From positions 1-56,397 of the forward strand of contig JBBCAV010000168.1 of assembly GCA_051382305.1 (NCBI GenBank): a stretch of 56,397 nucleotides of DNA, in the 5' to 3' direction. Positions 38,494 through 48,087 of this stretch are shown piece by piece. How positions within the stretch are numbered: position 1 is the first letter of the stretch; the number at the start of each line of letters is the position of its first letter. The DNA is from Bdellovibrionota bacterium FG-2. GTDB taxonomy: Bacteria; Bdellovibrionota; UBA1018. The position numbers were made by a program, and so were the translations under genes. The notes under the pieces were generated by a model. That model was not told the DNA's origin, ran no database searches, and saw nothing but the letters and a program-made list of their open reading frames with translations.

Positions 38494-39702
38494 ATGGCTA
38501 GTTCGAAATACGAAAAAGACGGACAGACTTTTTGGAGTGTTTATATTGACCTAAGGGGGCGAAAGAATGCTCGCGCCCGAGTTCAAAAACGAGTTACCGG
38601 GCTCAATTCTGAGCGCGAGGCGAAGTCTGAAGAAAAGCATCTTCTACGGGAACTATCAGAACAGCTCACGATACTTGAAGGCAAAGGCGCAACCTGGGAA
38701 GAGGTCATTAATCGTTGGGTTCGCCAGCAAGAACTCTACCCAACAAAGAAGTACGCGGTTTCAACGCTTGAGGATTACGAAAGCATTCTCAAAAAATGGA
38801 CGAAGCCATGGCTAAATCGCACAGCCGCTGATTTAAACCGTGGCGATGGACGCGAAATCCTCAATCGAGCCGTTGATGCAGAAAAGAGCTTTGCCCTACT
38901 CCACCGGCTTAAATGTATAATCAATCTTATCTACAAATGGGGTATCGAGGAGCGCCTAATTGCGGGTGTTCATCAAAGTCCCGTGTACGGCATAGATGTC
39001 GAACCAGATCGCGAGGAAAAGCGCCCCGAGATCCTCACTAGCGAAGAAATTCGCAACCTTTTAAGGCATGCCAGAGATCAGAAACATCCTTGGTATCCCG
39101 TTTGGGTTTCTGCCGTTTTCACCGGATGTAGAAGCGGCGAGCTGCACCAGCTCAAGGTGAGCGATCTCGAAATTATCACCAGAGATCAGGCTATCGAAGA
39201 AGACAAAAAACCCTTTGATCGGCGAAGGTACGGATTTCTCCGCGTTCGCAAAAGTTGGAACGTGCGTATAAAGGATGTGGGGCCAACTAAAGCAGGTTAT
39301 TGGCGAAACGTGCCTGTATCGAGTGAATTCTATTGGTTCCTGATTCACGAATTAAATATTGCAGACAAAAAGCCCTCTGAATTTTTGCTCCCAAGGTTTT
39401 GGGAATGGAACAAAGGGGCTCAAGCAAGAATTCTGCGCATGTTCTGCATCGGCAATCGCCTCCCCTCAATTAAGTTTCATACCCTCCGTGCCTGCTTTGC
39501 TACTCAGCTCATTTCAACAGGAATTCCGGCGACGGTGGTGATGAAGATTTGCGGATGGAAGGACTTGAAAACTATGCAGCGGTACATCCGACTCGCCGGT
39601 ATTGACGAGGCCGGAGCAACGGAATCCCTGCGTTTTATTCCTACGGAAGAGGCGGTAATGGAGAAGGTCGTGAGTTTGTACGATTATAGGAAAACGGAGT
39701 GA
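38494..39702 (+). CDS. int: Tyrosine recombinase/integrase of the ICE
   Basis: TGCRSGEL (R), PTK (K), FHTLR (HxxR), CGW (H/W), RYI (Y); AAGGAGG RBS. Confidence 0.95.
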   Translation: MASSKYEKDGQTFWSVYIDLRGRKNARARVQKRVTGLNSEREAKSEEKHLLRELSEQLTILEGKGATWEEVINRWVRQQELYPTKKYAVSTLEDYESILKKWTKPWLNRTAADLNRGDGREILNRAVDAEKSFALLHRLKCIINLIYKWGIEERLIAGVHQSPVYGIDVEPDREEKRPEILTSEEIRNLLRHARDQKHPWYPVWVSAVFTGCRSGELHQLKVSDLEIITRDQAIEEDKKPFDRRRYGFLRVRKSWNVRIKDVGPTKAGYWRNVPVSSEFYWFLIHELNIADKKPSEFLLPRFWEWNKGAQARILRMFCIGNRLPSIKFHTLRACFATQLISTGIPATVVMKICGWKDLKTMQRYIRLAGIDEAGATESLRFIPTEEAVMEKVVSLYDYRKTE

Positions 39703-39727
39703 GCCCCTATAATGAGGGCTCTATTTT
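39701..39727 (+). terminator. Probable intrinsic terminator after the integrase
   Basis: GAGCCC...GGGCTC stem followed by TATTTT. Confidence 0.5.
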
Positions 39728-39825
39728 CGACTTCGCAAAGCTGTCGGACATAAGCTTATGAAATTACAGGCGTAAAAATAACTTTACACATCAGTATAGT
39801 TAAACAATAATGTAAAGGAGGATGG

Positions 39826-40377
39826 ATGATGGGTATCCCAATGCAATTCACAGAAGCGGGAGTATTGATTCCGGGCGACTATCGCGCGACGCTCGCCGAA
39901 CTTCGCGCGAGCCTGTTGGTATCAGGTAGAAATGTCGCCTCACCAAATTGGGACGCGTCTTGGCGGGCTCAGTGTGTAGACAATTTAGAAATCATGGCTA
40001 AACAGCTCTGGCAGATTGGGATTGATAGGATTTTCATTGATGGATCTTTCGTCGAAGAAAAAGACCATCCCAACGACATTGACGGCTACTTTGATTGTGA
40101 CTTTATAAGATTCGCCTCGGGCAAACTTGAAACTGAGTTGAACCTTTTGGATCCCCATAAAATATGGACCTGGGATCCAACAGAAAGAAAACTCTTTCGG
40201 GGATACCCCAAAGCGCAGCTCCCGATGTGGCATCAATATCGGGTTGAATTGTGGCCGAATTTTGGACAGCCTTTTGGAATTAGAGATGCGGCGGGAAACT
40301 CACTGAATTTTGCGCAAGCATTCCGACTTTCCCGAACAAACAATGAGCCGAAAGGCATTATTGAACTGGTGAGGTAA
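39826..40377 (+). CDS. DUF6932-like nucleotidyltransferase-superfamily protein
   Basis: F...G.L.PG.Y start, FIDGSFV..K..PNDID (GS...DxD), terminal PKGIIEL. Confidence 0.8.
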   Translation: MMGIPMQFTEAGVLIPGDYRATLAELRASLLVSGRNVASPNWDASWRAQCVDNLEIMAKQLWQIGIDRIFIDGSFVEEKDHPNDIDGYFDCDFIRFASGKLETELNLLDPHKIWTWDPTERKLFRGYPKAQLPMWHQYRVELWPNFGQPFGIRDAAGNSLNFAQAFRLSRTNNEPKGIIELVR

Positions 40378-40380
40378 TAT

Positions 40381-40824
40381 ATGATTCGAACTGAAACCGA
40401 ATATAAAGAAGCGGTTAAACGCAGAGACGCCGAAAAGACTCAAATCGAGGAGTACCAGAAACAACTGGAGTCCCAGGGGATCTCGCCAAAGATGATCGAA
40501 AAGGCAATGCAGCCCTACGAGTCTTTCAGGTTGCAGCTGGTGGAAGAGATCGAAGGTTACGAGCGAATCAAGCGCGGAGTGATTACCGACATCCATAATC
40601 TGGGCGCGATCGGACAAAGACTGATCGGCATTCGAATCTACCTTGGACTCTCCCAGCGGGAGTTAGCTCAAAAGCTCGGAGTTCATGAGAGCCAGGTGTC
40701 TCGGGATGAAAAGAACGAATATCACGGAATTACTGTTGAACGAGTCGAAGAGATCTTGACTGCGCTTGGGGTTAGCATGAATAGTTCTTTTGATGTACCG
40801 ACGCCAAAAAAGGCGGTAAGTTAA
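40381..40824 (+). CDS. HigA-like XRE HTH protein (antitoxin-like)
   Basis: MIRTETEY N-terminus, EIEGYE, RIYLGLSQRELAQKLGVHESQVSRDE HTH. Confidence 0.88.
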   Translation: MIRTETEYKEAVKRRDAEKTQIEEYQKQLESQGISPKMIEKAMQPYESFRLQLVEEIEGYERIKRGVITDIHNLGAIGQRLIGIRIYLGLSQRELAQKLGVHESQVSRDEKNEYHGITVERVEEILTALGVSMNSSFDVPTPKKAVS

Positions 40825-40910
40825 CAAGTGAAACGACGTTGCTTAACGCAGATGCTTTTCCTACAATAGGAAGAAATCGAGCGTAAGTATATGAAATCTT
40901 TACGAGGGCA

Positions 40911-40925
40911 CCTCCTGAGCCATTT
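40911..40925 (+). repeat. att core copy 1 (tRNA 3'-end-like)
   Basis: CCTCCTGAGCCATTT, identical to 55904-55918; lies between two integrase genes and contains a GCCA end. Confidence 0.85.
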
Positions 40926-40933
40926 ATACTTAG

Positions 40934-40969
40934 ACCCTCTGATTTCTTGAATGAAGTCAGGGGGTTTTT
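40934..40969 (+). terminator. Intrinsic terminator just after att copy 1
   Basis: ACCCTCTGATTTC-loop-GAAGTCAGGGGGT followed by TTTT. Confidence 0.7.
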
Positions 40970-40992
40970 AGTTTTCCGTTGGCTATTTAGTT

Positions 40993-41017
40993 TGATTTGC
41001 TGCCCTTTGCTGCCCAT
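40993..41017 (+). repeat. Integrase arm-type sites, left end (2x TTTGCTGCCC)
   Basis: TGATTTGCTGCCCTTTGCTGCCCAT, nearly identical to 55759-55784. Confidence 0.8.
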
Positions 41018-41035
41018 GTCCGGGTAGCGGGGCCT

Positions 41036-42271
41036 TCAAATCAGCAGACAGGACTGCTTTTTGTCCACCTCAAGCTGAGTCTGGACAATCCGTTCGTCTC
41101 GAACCTTAGCATATCGTGTGGTCGCCCTGAGATCCCGATGGCCTGCAACTTTCTGGGTTTGCAGCAGGTCCTTGCAGGAATCGTAAAACTCAGTGAGTGA
41201 TGCGTGTCGAAGCACATGGGTCGACGTAAAGGGCAACCCTGCCGCTCGTAACGCCTGGGTATAGCGTTCATCAATTTGACGGTAGGTGAGCATCTTTCCA
41301 TTCATCTGAAAAAGAAGCCCAGTCCGTGTGCCTGACTTAAGCGCCCACTCTTGAACAACCCTCCTAGCCAAAGCCGACATAGGGATCTTCTTTCCCCCGT
41401 TAGTTTTGGCACCTGCCTCGATAAACGGCTTCATGCCTTTCATTCTGGGCCAGATTGCCTTCTTATTGATAACGATCTCATTCCTTCCAAAATGGAAATC
41501 CTCGTAATGGAGAGCCGCCACCTCTTGAACTCGACTGTAGATTGCGTACTGGGTAAGTGCGACATAATAGGTCACCTCGAATCGGGTCCCCATCACCATC
41601 TCACGCAGCTTACTGATGAACAGTTGGACCTCAGCCACGGTCAAATCCTTCTCTACCTTCGTCTTTTCCTTAACCTTGAGCATCCTGCGATGCTCCGGGA
41701 TAAAGGGCTGGCGGTAGTTACGATTGAACCGTGAGGCATAGTAATTGAAGATTCGCCTCAAAACACTAAACTCGTGGTGGTAATCACAACGAGTCGGATT
41801 GCCTTGCACCAGGTACTCCGGCCTCTTTAGATACGCAATCCAGCCATCAATGTCTGTCGGCTCGATCTTCTCCACCGACATATTCCAGAAATACTTGAAG
41901 TGCTTAACATAGGATTGATACCGAATTTGAGTCGATATCGCCTTATGCGGAAGCCAGTCATTCTTCCATCGCTCCACCAAATCAACAAAAAGCACCTCTG
42001 TTGATTGCCTCAACAATGTCGATCCATCTTGAGCCGTCGCCACCTGCGCATCCACTGGAAGATTACTTTTCCTAAACGCCTTGGCTTCAGCGAACGAAGA
42101 AAAATACTTCCTTTCCTTCTTCGCTTTACCATCAGGATATTTCATGTAGCGCGAGGCAGAGAATGCATTGCCTCGCACTGGTTCCTCCCAACGACCTTTT
42201 TTAGAGTCTCTGTATAACACCCTGTAGATCCCAGGGTGATTCTGTATCTTCTCGATCTTTCTTTCCTTCAC
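41036..42271 (-). CDS. int: Tyrosine recombinase/integrase of the second element
   Basis: YSRVQE (R), GAKT (K), HVLRHA, AGH, TTRY; GTG start coupled to the xis stop. Confidence 0.93.
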   Translation of the reverse strand: MKERKIEKIQNHPGIYRVLYRDSKKGRWEEPVRGNAFSASRYMKYPDGKAKKERKYFSSFAEAKAFRKSNLPVDAQVATAQDGSTLLRQSTEVLFVDLVERWKNDWLPHKAISTQIRYQSYVKHFKYFWNMSVEKIEPTDIDGWIAYLKRPEYLVQGNPTRCDYHHEFSVLRRIFNYYASRFNRNYRQPFIPEHRRMLKVKEKTKVEKDLTVAEVQLFISKLREMVMGTRFEVTYYVALTQYAIYSRVQEVAALHYEDFHFGRNEIVINKKAIWPRMKGMKPFIEAGAKTNGGKKIPMSALARRVVQEWALKSGTRTGLLFQMNGKMLTYRQIDERYTQALRAAGLPFTSTHVLRHASLTEFYDSCKDLLQTQKVAGHRDLRATTRYAKVRDERIVQTQLEVDKKQSCLLI

Positions 42272-42504
42272 TTTATTTCCCGTTTCTCAATCCATAGATT
42301 CAGTGAAGCAACCCGAAACCGAACCCCCCTTGCACCAATGGGAACGAATGGGATTTTACCCTTTCGCTTTAGGCGCCTAAGATAAGGTTCAGATAGGCCG
42401 AGATACCTTGCGGTCTGTTTGTAGTTTATTAGCTGATTGTCAAAGAGCAACAGCGGTTCCGCTATAGGCGGCGGAATATGGCACAAGCCGATTGATTTTT
42501 CCAT
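42268..42504 (-). CDS. xis: Excisionase-like HTH protein
   Basis: LINYKQTARYLGLS...GKIPFV.IG...VRFR...L..WI. Confidence 0.85.
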   Translation of the reverse strand: MEKSIGLCHIPPPIAEPLLLFDNQLINYKQTARYLGLSEPYLRRLKRKGKIPFVPIGARGVRFRVASLNLWIEKREIK

Positions 42505-42507
42505 AAC

Positions 42508-43488
42508 CTACTCGCAAAGCTCATTCTCCGCCGATTTTGTAGGCTTTGTTACCTTTGGCAGAATCGCCCGTGCTTTTGAAAGCAAGTTGAAATAGGTCCT
42601 AGCACTCTTTTTTGTTTGATTCATAAACTCAGATTTCCAAAACCTTGGCTCATTTGGACGCTCGCGCATGAGTTGAAGAAGCTGGGTAAGGTCCGTATCG
42701 CACGGCAGAAGCTCCCTGAGGTGGATCTCAAAATGTTTGGGATCGTGAATAAAGAAATCCATCATCTGAAAATATGTTCGGTAGGAGAAATGAACCCCGC
42801 CTTGGAACACAATTTCTTTCATCATTGCAAAGATCTTCAACCGATCATCCAAAGAAGTATTCTTGTAATCATTTGGTACAATAATTTTCTCCAGGTATTC
42901 CAACTTCTCTCTTGTCGTCAGATACAGTTTTTGGACAAGGCACCGGTCCTGAATAGCAAGGAAATGAATGTCATTCTCTTTGGGTTGATAATTGGTGATA
43001 AATATTACTGACCCAGTAAATATGAAACTGGACGGTAAGCTGCCACTCTGCTTCTTGGTAGCATAACAGACGTGACGCTGATACTTGTCATCAAGTACAG
43101 CTTTCAATAAATCGAGACAGGTTTTATTTTTAAGAACCACATCGCAGTCGTCAATGACGACAATTTTTCCTTCTTCGCGATTTTGATAAAGCTTTTCATA
43201 GAGAGCCAATGGCGTGGAATAACCTCGCACAAAAACAAAATCCTTACCTTCCCGCAAACCCTCTTCCTTAAGCGTCTCCTGAATCAAAGTACTCTTTGCA
43301 ACACCCACGCTCCCCATGGACATCATAGCGTGAGATTTTCCTTTGGCTACCATTCTAGTCTTTTCAATTAGGCTAATATATTTACCTCCAGACTCCAACG
43401 CCAGAACCTTCGTTCTGATCGGATCTATCGGCATTGCTACACTTTGGGCTTGGGGCACATTTACACAGTCTTCATATTCATTGGACAT
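42508..43488 (-). CDS. AAA+ ATPase with variant Walker A
   Basis: GSVGVAKST, Walker B VVIDDCD, LLKAVLD, sensor-1 IFITN, Arg finger AIQDRC; GAGGA RBS. Confidence 0.8.
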   Translation of the reverse strand: MSNEYEDCVNVPQAQSVAMPIDPIRTKVLALESGGKYISLIEKTRMVAKGKSHAMMSMGSVGVAKSTLIQETLKEEGLREGKDFVFVRGYSTPLALYEKLYQNREEGKIVVIDDCDVVLKNKTCLDLLKAVLDDKYQRHVCYATKKQSGSLPSSFIFTGSVIFITNYQPKENDIHFLAIQDRCLVQKLYLTTREKLEYLEKIIVPNDYKNTSLDDRLKIFAMMKEIVFQGGVHFSYRTYFQMMDFFIHDPKHFEIHLRELLPCDTDLTQLLQLMRERPNEPRFWKSEFMNQTKKSARTYFNLLSKARAILPKVTKPTKSAENELCE

Positions 43489-43575
43489 ATAATTCCTCTT
43501 TCTTTTTTGGTTTATTGGTTATTTTTTGAAACAGTTGTCGATGTCAGGCATGGTAGCGTTGGTAATCAATTTGGC

Positions 43576-44550
43576 TCATTCATAGCCGGAGAGCATCAAA
43601 GTTGAATCTGGTCCTTTATAATTATCTGCGGATATTGGCGGCGTGTCTCGCTCGATGGGTCGCTCCAAAAACCGAGTCATCCGCCGTTGCCATATAGCAA
43701 ACAAATCCACATCTAATGGCGCCAGAAACCTGCCAATGGTTCGACTAAAATTTCCATCCTGGTTATACTCCTGGCGTGCCGCTTGGTATCCCACTTCATT
43801 ACATCGCCACTGGAATGCACGAACCTTGTCCCGCAGTTTGATTGGAAGCTCGACTTGAATCATCGGATCAGGACACGTCAACTCCATGTGAGAAAATGGG
43901 TTAATGTCCACGAGTTCTTCTACTTCTGAAAGACACTGAATCGGCAGCTTTCTTTTCCGAAGCACTACCTCGATTCGTGTACCATGCACCTTTCCTAACT
44001 CATCCGTTACGATGCCACCATCTGGCGTGAAATCAATTTCACCTGGGTCCAGACCTTTGGGGTATGCTTTCGTGTCGCGTTCTTTGCTGCCTGAGTAATG
44101 AGAGTTATTCTGCTTTTTAGAAATAATTCTAACTTTATGACCGAACTTCTGACGCAAACATCTATTCACCGTGTCCGGAGGAATTGCTAAATCCACGCAA
44201 CAATCGAGTCTCTTTAGTGGTGAAAGAAGAAGTAATTCAATGTGGTCTCCCCAGAGGGGCTGTAGCCACTTAATTAGGTCCGAGAAAGTCGCGAAGTGCG
44301 ACGCATGAGCCTCGAATCTGCAATAAGGCATATTCTTCCTGAATCGACTCATCGGTTCCCAACAAAGATACGCATAGCGGCCATTTATGTAGCTCCCACA
44401 CTGGAACTCATAACCCCTTGCCTTAGGAGATACTCCAAACTGAACCTCAGTTCCTTCATCTGCCAGAAACTTGATCTGCTCGGACACATAATCACATGCA
44501 CTTCTACTATCAACACCGACCTCAAAAGTATCCATATTCACCACCTTCAT
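43576..44550 (-). CDS. Rep_trans-like rolling-circle replication initiator / MOBT-like relaxase
   Basis: KRLDCCVDL, HYSGS...KAYPK and TRIEV match the RxD...D, YxG...YxK and RxE motifs. Confidence 0.7.
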   Translation of the reverse strand: MKVVNMDTFEVGVDSRSACDYVSEQIKFLADEGTEVQFGVSPKARGYEFQCGSYINGRYAYLCWEPMSRFRKNMPYCRFEAHASHFATFSDLIKWLQPLWGDHIELLLLSPLKRLDCCVDLAIPPDTVNRCLRQKFGHKVRIISKKQNNSHYSGSKERDTKAYPKGLDPGEIDFTPDGGIVTDELGKVHGTRIEVVLRKRKLPIQCLSEVEELVDINPFSHMELTCPDPMIQVELPIKLRDKVRAFQWRCNEVGYQAARQEYNQDGNFSRTIGRFLAPLDVDLFAIWQRRMTRFLERPIERDTPPISADNYKGPDSTLMLSGYE

Positions 44551-44579
44551 CGCCTGGACATACTTAACTTCCCCGCCTG

Positions 44580-45044
44580 TTAGATCAGACGTGTATGTTC
44601 GACCTCACACTTCGACGCAACATCCGGTACGCCAAGCTGACTTAAGATTTGCAGCCGTAACTGCTCGATATAATATTTGTCATCAGCTCCTACGCTCAGA
44701 TTTTGGTATTGATCAGGCTGCAAAGGCACCACCGTTGAAAGGCTCACCCTTAGTAAGTGAATCAGAAGAGTTAGCGATATGAGCACCTTATGAAATTCCA
44801 ATTCATCACAATGATGCTCTCCGTAAGTTGATCCACTATCGGGATCTATTAGGTTGGACCTAGTTTCAAGATCACTGATCCCCTTTATCGTTGAGACTTC
44901 TGTCGTGGTTAATAGAATCACTGTTGGCGTGAAACTGTTGTGCATAACCGCAATCACCCCAATACCTGCTGGACCGAGGCCCTTTAGAATTTGGGTTCTA
45001 TTGGGGTCTGTGACCGTCTCCGTAGAAATTTGTTTGAATTCCAT
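44580..45044 (-). CDS. Hypothetical protein
   Basis: AAAGGAG RBS; co-oriented with the rep operon. Confidence 0.55.
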   Translation of the reverse strand: MEFKQISTETVTDPNRTQILKGLGPAGIGVIAVMHNSFTPTVILLTTTEVSTIKGISDLETRSNLIDPDSGSTYGEHHCDELEFHKVLISLTLLIHLLRVSLSTVVPLQPDQYQNLSVGADDKYYIEQLRLQILSQLGVPDVASKCEVEHTRLI

Positions 45045-45191
45045 TTTTTTCTCCTTTTGTTAATGAGGCCAATTGAGTGACAGGGTAATTCCTGACGTAT
45101 CAAAATAGTCTCCGGGTTTTGGCTGTGCTCAGTGGAGCTTTCAGCTCAAATTGTTAGCGGCGATTGTACATGAACATTTGCATTCGGCAAC

Positions 45192-45224
45192 TGGGACAAC
45201 GTGTGACCACGTGTGACTTTGTGA
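45192..45224. repeat. 10-bp-period direct repeats (TGTGAC core)
   Basis: TGGGACAACG-TGTGACCACG-TGTGACTTTG-TGA in the intergenic region upstream of the rep operon. Confidence 0.55.
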
Positions 45225-45230
45225 GGCTTT

Positions 45231-46277
45231 TTACGAGGAAAGTTTCGTTTTAATGCAAACAAAGAATTTGCCGAAGTCTTCTAAGAACTCTCTCTGTGCG
45301 GTGCGATGGCGCTTCCAAAGATCTGTCCAGCGACTGTTAGGAAGTTCGGCTTTATTTAGTGCGGCACGCTTTTTTACGCACTGATTACCGCCCGTACATT
45401 CGGCGTATATAAAAACCATCGCCTTATATTGAGGTACTCCTAGACTACGGGGCGTCCCACCTGAACGTGTGACCGTTAGCTCTTCTTCATCAAAGGAGAG
45501 ATTTATCAGTTCACGACCTTGGACCTGCTTTTTTTGGGCACCTTCCATACCGCCTTCGTCGTTATCCAAAAACGGTTGAGTCAGCGCCCCGTTCATACTT
45601 CGATGGGCTTTGCGCTTCTTCTTTGGCTGAAGGCGACGTACCCGTGTCAGTTGCGCCAGCCAATCTTCTGTAATAGCCATTCGATGTTGGGGTGAAGGGG
45701 GAATCATCGGCCGAGCTTTTCCAATAAGATCTGGAACCGAGATCAACCTGGTAAAACCGGTGGCGGACCAAAATTTAAGCAGGTCAGATATTGAAAATAG
45801 TGGGTCAGGCCGTCCTTTGAGAGATCCGCCAGTTAGCAACCCGTTGAGTTGCTCCTGTTCCTTGAAGGTAGGGACTCGAAGAAAGAAGGACCGTCTCGGT
45901 TGGCTTCGCCCTAAACAGTCTTTCCAAATGATGTAGTGCAGGGCAATTAGTCTGATAGCTCTACTGGAATTTATTTGAAATCTTTCTCGTAACGGGGCTA
46001 GAAACGTTCGGAGTTGCTTTTCTTCTTTCGACGATAAGGCCGGTGTGTAAAATAGCAGACGCCCGATCGGTAGAAAATCTTGCTTCTTTGATTTTTTGGC
46101 TAGCTTCTTTTCGTTCTTATTCGTTGCATAAATCAAGACTCGCGACCCGGCGCAAGGAGGCTCCGCAATCTCAGCTCTTATCTCAAAGGAGTGCGCAGCG
46201 AATAACTCACACCAATCTCGATAGCGTTTCATTTGACGAGAAATCGGTCCCAGGTTTTTTGCTGTTTTTGCCACCAC
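45231..46277 (-). CDS. Basic hypothetical protein, possible C-terminal wHTH
   Basis: 348-codon ORF, co-oriented with neighbours; no family recognised. Confidence 0.5.
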   Translation of the reverse strand: MVAKTAKNLGPISRQMKRYRDWCELFAAHSFEIRAEIAEPPCAGSRVLIYATNKNEKKLAKKSKKQDFLPIGRLLFYTPALSSKEEKQLRTFLAPLRERFQINSSRAIRLIALHYIIWKDCLGRSQPRRSFFLRVPTFKEQEQLNGLLTGGSLKGRPDPLFSISDLLKFWSATGFTRLISVPDLIGKARPMIPPSPQHRMAITEDWLAQLTRVRRLQPKKKRKAHRSMNGALTQPFLDNDEGGMEGAQKKQVQGRELINLSFDEEELTVTRSGGTPRSLGVPQYKAMVFIYAECTGGNQCVKKRAALNKAELPNSRWTDLWKRHRTAQREFLEDFGKFFVCIKTKLSS

Positions 46278-46504
46278 CCTTATACTTACACATCGGCTTT
46301 CTTTGGGCTATGGTCCAGAATTTCCCACTAGGCATTATTTGCCTGAGAAACAACGAAATGACTACGCAGGTGTAGGTGAGGTTGAGTGCCTTCGTTTGAA
46401 GTAGTGAGAGGTTTTTAGAACTCCTTATAACAAGAATCCCTAGTCTGATGGGGGATGAAGGTGGGCTGAAATTTGGGAGTTTTGCGGCTGTCCCGGCATG
46501 GGAA

Positions 46505-47593
46505 CTATGACACACGACTTATCCAAAGACCTTTTCTTTCCAGACTCTTAAAGAACCGCGGATACCAATAACTCTCAAACTCAGGGATCTGCTTCCAAAC
46601 AATTGGGTCCCTTTGAATTCGATTCCAGGCCCAATCTTTACCATCGGGGGTCCGCATACTGCCCTTCTGTCGATAGGTCTGAAAGCGATTATAGACGCCC
46701 ATCGTTAAACCGCTCCAAGCGATGTTCAGCTCAGCGTCATCCGGTAACATGTCCGCAACAAGATTAGTCCAATGCCTTCGGAGCAGGTGGACCCCCTTCC
46801 AATGGTGCACGTCCCAAACATAATCCTGAAATGCAGGAATGAATTCTTCCTGCACACCAGGGTCACAGTGAAGGTCGTTGGCTTCATCATCTCGAAATAG
46901 CCCGAGGGTCAGCTCCAGAGCGATCATGCGGCAATACCCAGAAGTCGGTTCAAGTGACAGGAACTCAAGAAGCCTGCTGTTGTGCTCTTGTTGCGCTCGC
47001 TCCGAGATCGCCTGCCAAAAGTGTGGTTTTAATTTCTTCTGCATCTTCACGCGGAACAGGGTTTCGTATCCGGCGATGATATCATCAAACTTGAGTATGC
47101 GGGTCTTAAGTGTTTGGATGTCCCAATGCCGGGGTTCCCTTTTGAAAGCCTGGAAGCCTCGCAGCCAGCTTTCAAAGTGGTTGGGTTGCAAGTAGTCCAG
47201 GGTCCACTTCTTACGACTCAGGATAATTTTTCGGACCACTTCATCCGGAGCTAGTTTCCCCTGCCTAATCTGACTGAAGAGCGTTAACGCGCGACTTTCC
47301 TCGAACAATGCCTTGCTCAGATACTTAGCGGAAGCTCCGGGACCAGCGATTTGATCGTAGATCCTCGCCCACTGCAAGCCAAGTCGGAGATCGTTCCGTC
47401 GACACTCCTTATGCAGCGCACTTAAAATTGCGAACCTATTTTTTCTACCTCGATTGAAATTGATGTCGTGTACGAGTGCGCTGTGAGAGCAAAGTTTGTT
47501 CTCACGATACCCGCCGCATGAGCACGAGTTGTTGTTGGGGTTGACCTCATAGAAGCCTCCGTTGCCATCATCTGCCTTTACCATTCGGTCCAC
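46505..47593 (-). CDS. SWIM zinc finger fused to RarA/MgsA C-terminal-like helical domain
   Basis: CSC-x8-CSH SWIM motif; SALHKECRRND...WA and DYVWDVH..KG resemble MgsA-type SALxKxxRxxD and DYAxDxHT motifs. Confidence 0.65.
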   Translation of the reverse strand: MDRMVKADDGNGGFYEVNPNNNSCSCGGYRENKLCSHSALVHDINFNRGRKNRFAILSALHKECRRNDLRLGLQWARIYDQIAGPGASAKYLSKALFEESRALTLFSQIRQGKLAPDEVVRKIILSRKKWTLDYLQPNHFESWLRGFQAFKREPRHWDIQTLKTRILKFDDIIAGYETLFRVKMQKKLKPHFWQAISERAQQEHNSRLLEFLSLEPTSGYCRMIALELTLGLFRDDEANDLHCDPGVQEEFIPAFQDYVWDVHHWKGVHLLRRHWTNLVADMLPDDAELNIAWSGLTMGVYNRFQTYRQKGSMRTPDGKDWAWNRIQRDPIVWKQIPEFESYWYPRFFKSLERKGLWISRVS

Positions 47594-47637
47594 ACTTTAA
47601 GTTGGGCCCCCGCGCTCTAGACCGGGGACCCAGACCA

Positions 47638-47892
47638 TTATTTGGAAAGCTCTTGAAGACGCTGCTTGCGGGATAGAAGTTTTTCATCGAGCGCCGCAAT
47701 TAGTTTTAGCAATTCAGCCTTCCGGGCTTCCTTTCTCACAATGGAGTCCCTTAATTCTTGTGACGTGTAAGCAAAGAATTTTGGCTTATTGATTAGAGTT
47801 AGTTTTGGTTTTTCCGAGACCGTTGGACTCGCCACCGCCGGCTTGATTGTTTGTGGGGTTGGAATTAGTTTTGCGTTGCTCGTAAGACTCAT
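47638..47892 (-). CDS. Small coiled-coil hypothetical protein
   Basis: AGGAGG RBS; heptad-like C-terminus. Confidence 0.6.
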   Translation of the reverse strand: MSLTSNAKLIPTPQTIKPAVASPTVSEKPKLTLINKPKFFAYTSQELRDSIVRKEARKAELLKLIAALDEKLLSRKQRLQELSK

Positions 47893-48087
47893 GATTCCTC
47901 CTGGGATATGTTTTCTCCGTACTTGAAAGTTAGGAGAGGTTGTTTGTTAAGAGGACGGTAGAGCCCACAGTCGCGAACATGGAATCCATATTTATCAAAA
48001 AATTGCCGAACTAACGCGGTTTGGCGGCAAAATTTTTAAGAATATGGCGGAGCTTAGTCCAGTATTAGGCCAAATAATAGGGTAGGT

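Larger units (their letters stand above)
14333..40925. mobile_element. Integrative conjugative element (core shown; left boundary not identified and may lie outside the window)
   Basis: T4SS, relaxase, coupling protein, xis and integrase in one run ending at an att-like repeat. Confidence 0.85.
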
